Source of the DNA: Nitrososphaera viennensis EN76
Lineage (GTDB): Archaea > Thermoproteota > Nitrososphaeria > Nitrososphaerales > Nitrososphaeraceae
DNA length: 32,000 nucleotides
Assembly (NCBI RefSeq): GCF_000698785.1
Contig: NZ_CP007536.1
Location: 2,490,001 to 2,522,000, forward strand
Direction of reading: 5' to 3'
Shown: positions 30,049 to 32,000 of the stretch, in pieces
How positions within the stretch are numbered: position 1 is the first letter of the stretch
Layout: each line of letters opens with the position of its first letter
The notes under the pieces: generated by a model
Seen by the model: the letters and a program-made list of their open reading frames with translations, nothing else
What the model was told of the DNA's origin: nothing
Database searches by the model: none
Program-made: the position numbers and the translations under genes

Positions 30049-30852
30049 ATGTCGACGCTTCCCCAGAACGTGGTAAAGGGCGAGTCTGTAGAGCTGCCAG
30101 AGCACGCGATTGAGCAGATGTTCAAGCTTGCCGGCCTGAAAAAAAGCGACACCTTTTTCCACCTTGGGTGCGGCCAGGGATGGGCAGTCGCGCTTGCCGC
30201 CAGGAAATTTGGCGTCAAAAAAGCAGTAGGTATAGAGATAGACGAAAAGGCGGCCGCAAAGGCGCGGCGCAAGACAGCCCGGCTGAAAAATGCCGAGATA
30301 GTGGCAGGCGACATCCGCGACGCGGACATCTCTGGCGCCACCGTGGTCCTGTTCTGGTTCAGCGATCCCGGGATCGTGGACGCCATGGTCAAGAAATTCA
30401 GAAAAGAGCTGAAGGAAGGCGCCCGCGTAATCACCATCTGGTCCCCGCCGGGGATGATGCTTCCGCAAAAGGTCGACTTTCCGTTCTTTGTATGCACCAA
30501 GCCCTTCAAGTATGCGGCGTCTGTCAGGCAGCAGATAAAGGCAGTCTATGGCAACAAGTGCATCGACTTTACCGCCGCCTGGCTGCTTGCCGAGCGCTAC
30601 ATCGACGCGCTCGGGGTCGTGCCGGGCCAGTACCGGCGCTTTGTGAACATGCTGCAGAGCATGGTGATATGGATAAACGCGTGGAACATGGGAGTCACGT
30701 GCGAGGACGGCGTGCCGCCGCCCGTCAATGCGTACCTGGGCATCCTGCGCGAGTTTTTCGGCATCGACATGAAGGACCTGTTCACGCGGGAGCCAAAGGA
30801 CGAAAGCATGACGACGATGGTATCCCCAAACGACAAGATGGGCTGCTGCTGA
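30049..30852 (+). CDS. Class I SAM-dependent methyltransferase with an unassigned C-terminal domain
   Basis: Motif I is DTFFHLGCGQGWAVALAA, followed by GIEID and AGDIRDADI. The C-terminal ~120 aa are unrecognised and end in MGCC. Alternative starts are TTG 30031 and GTG 29992. Confidence 0.8.
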   Translation: MSTLPQNVVKGESVELPEHAIEQMFKLAGLKKSDTFFHLGCGQGWAVALAARKFGVKKAVGIEIDEKAAAKARRKTARLKNAEIVAGDIRDADISGATVVLFWFSDPGIVDAMVKKFRKELKEGARVITIWSPPGMMLPQKVDFPFFVCTKPFKYAASVRQQIKAVYGNKCIDFTAAWLLAERYIDALGVVPGQYRRFVNMLQSMVIWINAWNMGVTCEDGVPPPVNAYLGILREFFGIDMKDLFTREPKDESMTTMVSPNDKMGCC

Positions 30853-30874
30853 CAAGATAAAATAAGGTTATTAC

Positions 30875-31267
30875 TTGCTTTTTGCAAAATATGTACCTGT
30901 GAGGCCGCGTCCCGAGTTTGACCCTGACAGGATTGCCTTCCACGTCGCGTGCATCGACCACGACAGGGCAAGCCTGCTCGTGTCCGGCCTGCTTGAAAAC
31001 ATGGCCCGTATGGTCGGAGTAGAGCCTCGCCTGGAGACGGGGCCGGCCGAGCTTGCCTTTGGATGGACCTTTTACACTCTTTCCGTAAACAAGGACGTCG
31101 CCACGCGGTTTTCCGGCCTGCCGGAAAGCGACATACTGCAGTCCAGGGGCGCAACCTTTGATCAAAAGTTTGCCACGTGGCTCAACCGCCAGCTTGCGGC
31201 AAGGATGCAGGGCGTGCAGGTGCGGCTGCTGTCCGACCTGAAATCGTCTCAGTTTGGATTCTTTTAA
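30875..31267 (+). CDS. Hypothetical protein
   Basis: Codon usage matches neighbours, whereas the overlapping minus-strand ORFs are Arg-rich and artefact-like. The start is uncertain (TTG 30875 or GTG 30899). A TATA-like GATAAAATAAG lies at 30856-30866. Confidence 0.5.
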   Translation: MLFAKYVPVRPRPEFDPDRIAFHVACIDHDRASLLVSGLLENMARMVGVEPRLETGPAELAFGWTFYTLSVNKDVATRFSGLPESDILQSRGATFDQKFATWLNRQLAARMQGVQVRLLSDLKSSQFGFF

Positions 31268-31293
31268 TAACAAGCACTGCCGTATGCCTCCCT

Positions 31294-31560
31294 GTGGACC
31301 CGCGGGTGAAAAAGGCCGTCACTGCCAAGATAGACGAAGCCATAGCAAACGCCGGCGAAGTGTACAGGATACAGTCAAGCCTCGGGATTGCTGGCGGAAG
31401 CGACTTTGCCTTTGGCATAGCAATCGGCCGTATCTACAACTCGTTCCACTACCAGACACGGCGCATCCTCGGGCGCAACGCGACGGACGCCGAGTTTTCC
31501 GAGTTCCTCTCGCTCTTGTCCGGGCGCACGCCTGAAATCCGCCGCGCGTTTTCGAAATAG
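31294..31560 (+). CDS. Hypothetical small protein
   Basis: Downstream part of ORF 31177..31560 (…KKAVTAKIDEAIANAGEVYRIQSSLGIAGGSDFAFGIAIGRIYNSFHYQTRRILGR…). The first starts after the preceding gene's stop are GTG 31294 and GTG 31306. Confidence 0.45.
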   Translation: MDPRVKKAVTAKIDEAIANAGEVYRIQSSLGIAGGSDFAFGIAIGRIYNSFHYQTRRILGRNATDAEFSEFLSLLSGRTPEIRRAFSK

Positions 31561-31726
31561 CAGAGGGATGCAATAGCTGCGCGCCCGCCCATGACAGGCG
31601 CCGCCGCAAGCTCGCCCCTCGCAGCTTGCAGTAAAAATGAGCGTAGAAATCTTCTAAATCTTTTTAAGCTACCAGCTCCCTCTCACACAAAGCTTGGCTC
31701 TAGACGTGTCGTCATCGGGGGAGGAC

Positions 31727-31852
31727 ATGGTGCTGCTGACGCCTGACGAGATAAACAGGTTCATCCTGAACCTCAAGGTGCGCTATGGCGGCTCGGGGCA
31801 GCAACAGCAACAGCAGCAAAAGAAAAAGTCGGTCAAGGCCATACACGCGTAG
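31727..31852 (+). CDS. Possible 41-aa micro-ORF
   Basis: The ATG is preceded by GGGGGAGGA. The product is MVLLTPDEINRFILNLKVRYGGSGQQQQQQQKKKSVKAIHA. It is short and unverified. Confidence 0.2.
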   Translation: MVLLTPDEINRFILNLKVRYGGSGQQQQQQQKKKSVKAIHA

Positions 31853-32000
31853 TAAAAAAGAGAAACAGTTCGCATCATAAACAAAAAAGACAGGCGGATA
31901 GTGACCTGTTATCGCCATTCTTCGGCGCACATTTGCCTAGCTAGGTTATATGGTCCCGGACAACCCAAAGATTATAACCTCATGATGATAGAACTCGCAA

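Noticed and set aside
29950-30855. Upstream ~300 codons of the 409-aa minus-strand ORF 29626..30855
   Set aside because: They are antisense to a methyltransferase with clear SAM-binding motifs. Only the last ~107 codons, behind a TATA at 29973-29981, look like a real gene.
30597-31273. Minus-strand ORFs of 185 and 163 aa
   Set aside because: They are extremely rich in Arg, Pro and Cys and are antisense to plus-strand frames with neighbour-like codon usage.
31943-32000. Inverted repeat AGGTTATA…TATAACCT followed by ATGATGA at the window edge
   Set aside because: It could be the start of a C/D box sRNA or another element, but the window truncates it and no D box is visible. It cannot be evaluated.
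1-32000. Scan for tRNA, rRNA, CRISPR repeats, IS elements or transposases, integrases and long direct or inverted repeats
   Set aside because: I recognised no T-loop (GGTTCGAATCC-like) or D-loop signatures, no regularly spaced repeats, and no transposase or integrase motifs in any supplied ORF. This was an eye scan only, so short or degenerate elements could have been missed.

Overview
This is an archaeal chromosomal segment, moderately GC-rich and densely coding on both strands. The gene content points to an ammonia-oxidising Thaumarchaeota (Nitrososphaera-like) genome, which is an inference and not a database result. Supporting content: archaeal-type AlaRS and LeuRS in tandem, SecE/Sec61-gamma, prefoldin alpha, FtsY, ornithine carbamoyltransferase, thioredoxin, Lrp/AsnC, an amicyanin-like secreted blue-copper protein and DUF763. 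AT-rich TATA boxes sit about 25-31 nt upstream of many start codons, which suggests leaderless mRNAs. I support about 41 protein-coding features. I found no tRNA, rRNA, CRISPR array, transposase or integrase. Housekeeping blocks lie at 10.5-18.6 kb and 22.9-29.6 kb. Regions with unassigned or unusual genes are listed below.
- 1.7-5.9 kb holds a B-box-like zinc finger in an AT-rich patch, small orphan genes, a hairpin cluster and a coding-like frame with no start codon.
- 7.2-9.8 kb holds an orphan cluster: a 439-aa protein with cysteine clusters at both ends and a coiled coil, a degenerate mini-HNH, a small secreted protein and a 167-aa unknown.
- 18.8-22.5 kb holds an atypical two-component locus: a wHTH-REC regulator, a small PII-like protein and a soluble kinase with three TrmB-like modules.

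Other oddities:
- Prefoldin alpha carries a His-rich N-terminal tail.
- FtsY carries a roughly 220-aa C-terminal Pro-rich plus ER/K tail.
- Long perfectly alternating purine-pyrimidine tracts sit immediately 3' of two genes.
- Two convergent gene pairs embed both stop codons in a single CTAG.
- A perfect 16-bp AT palindrome sits between two divergent genes.

All family assignments come from motifs read by eye in the supplied translations. No searches or computations were run.
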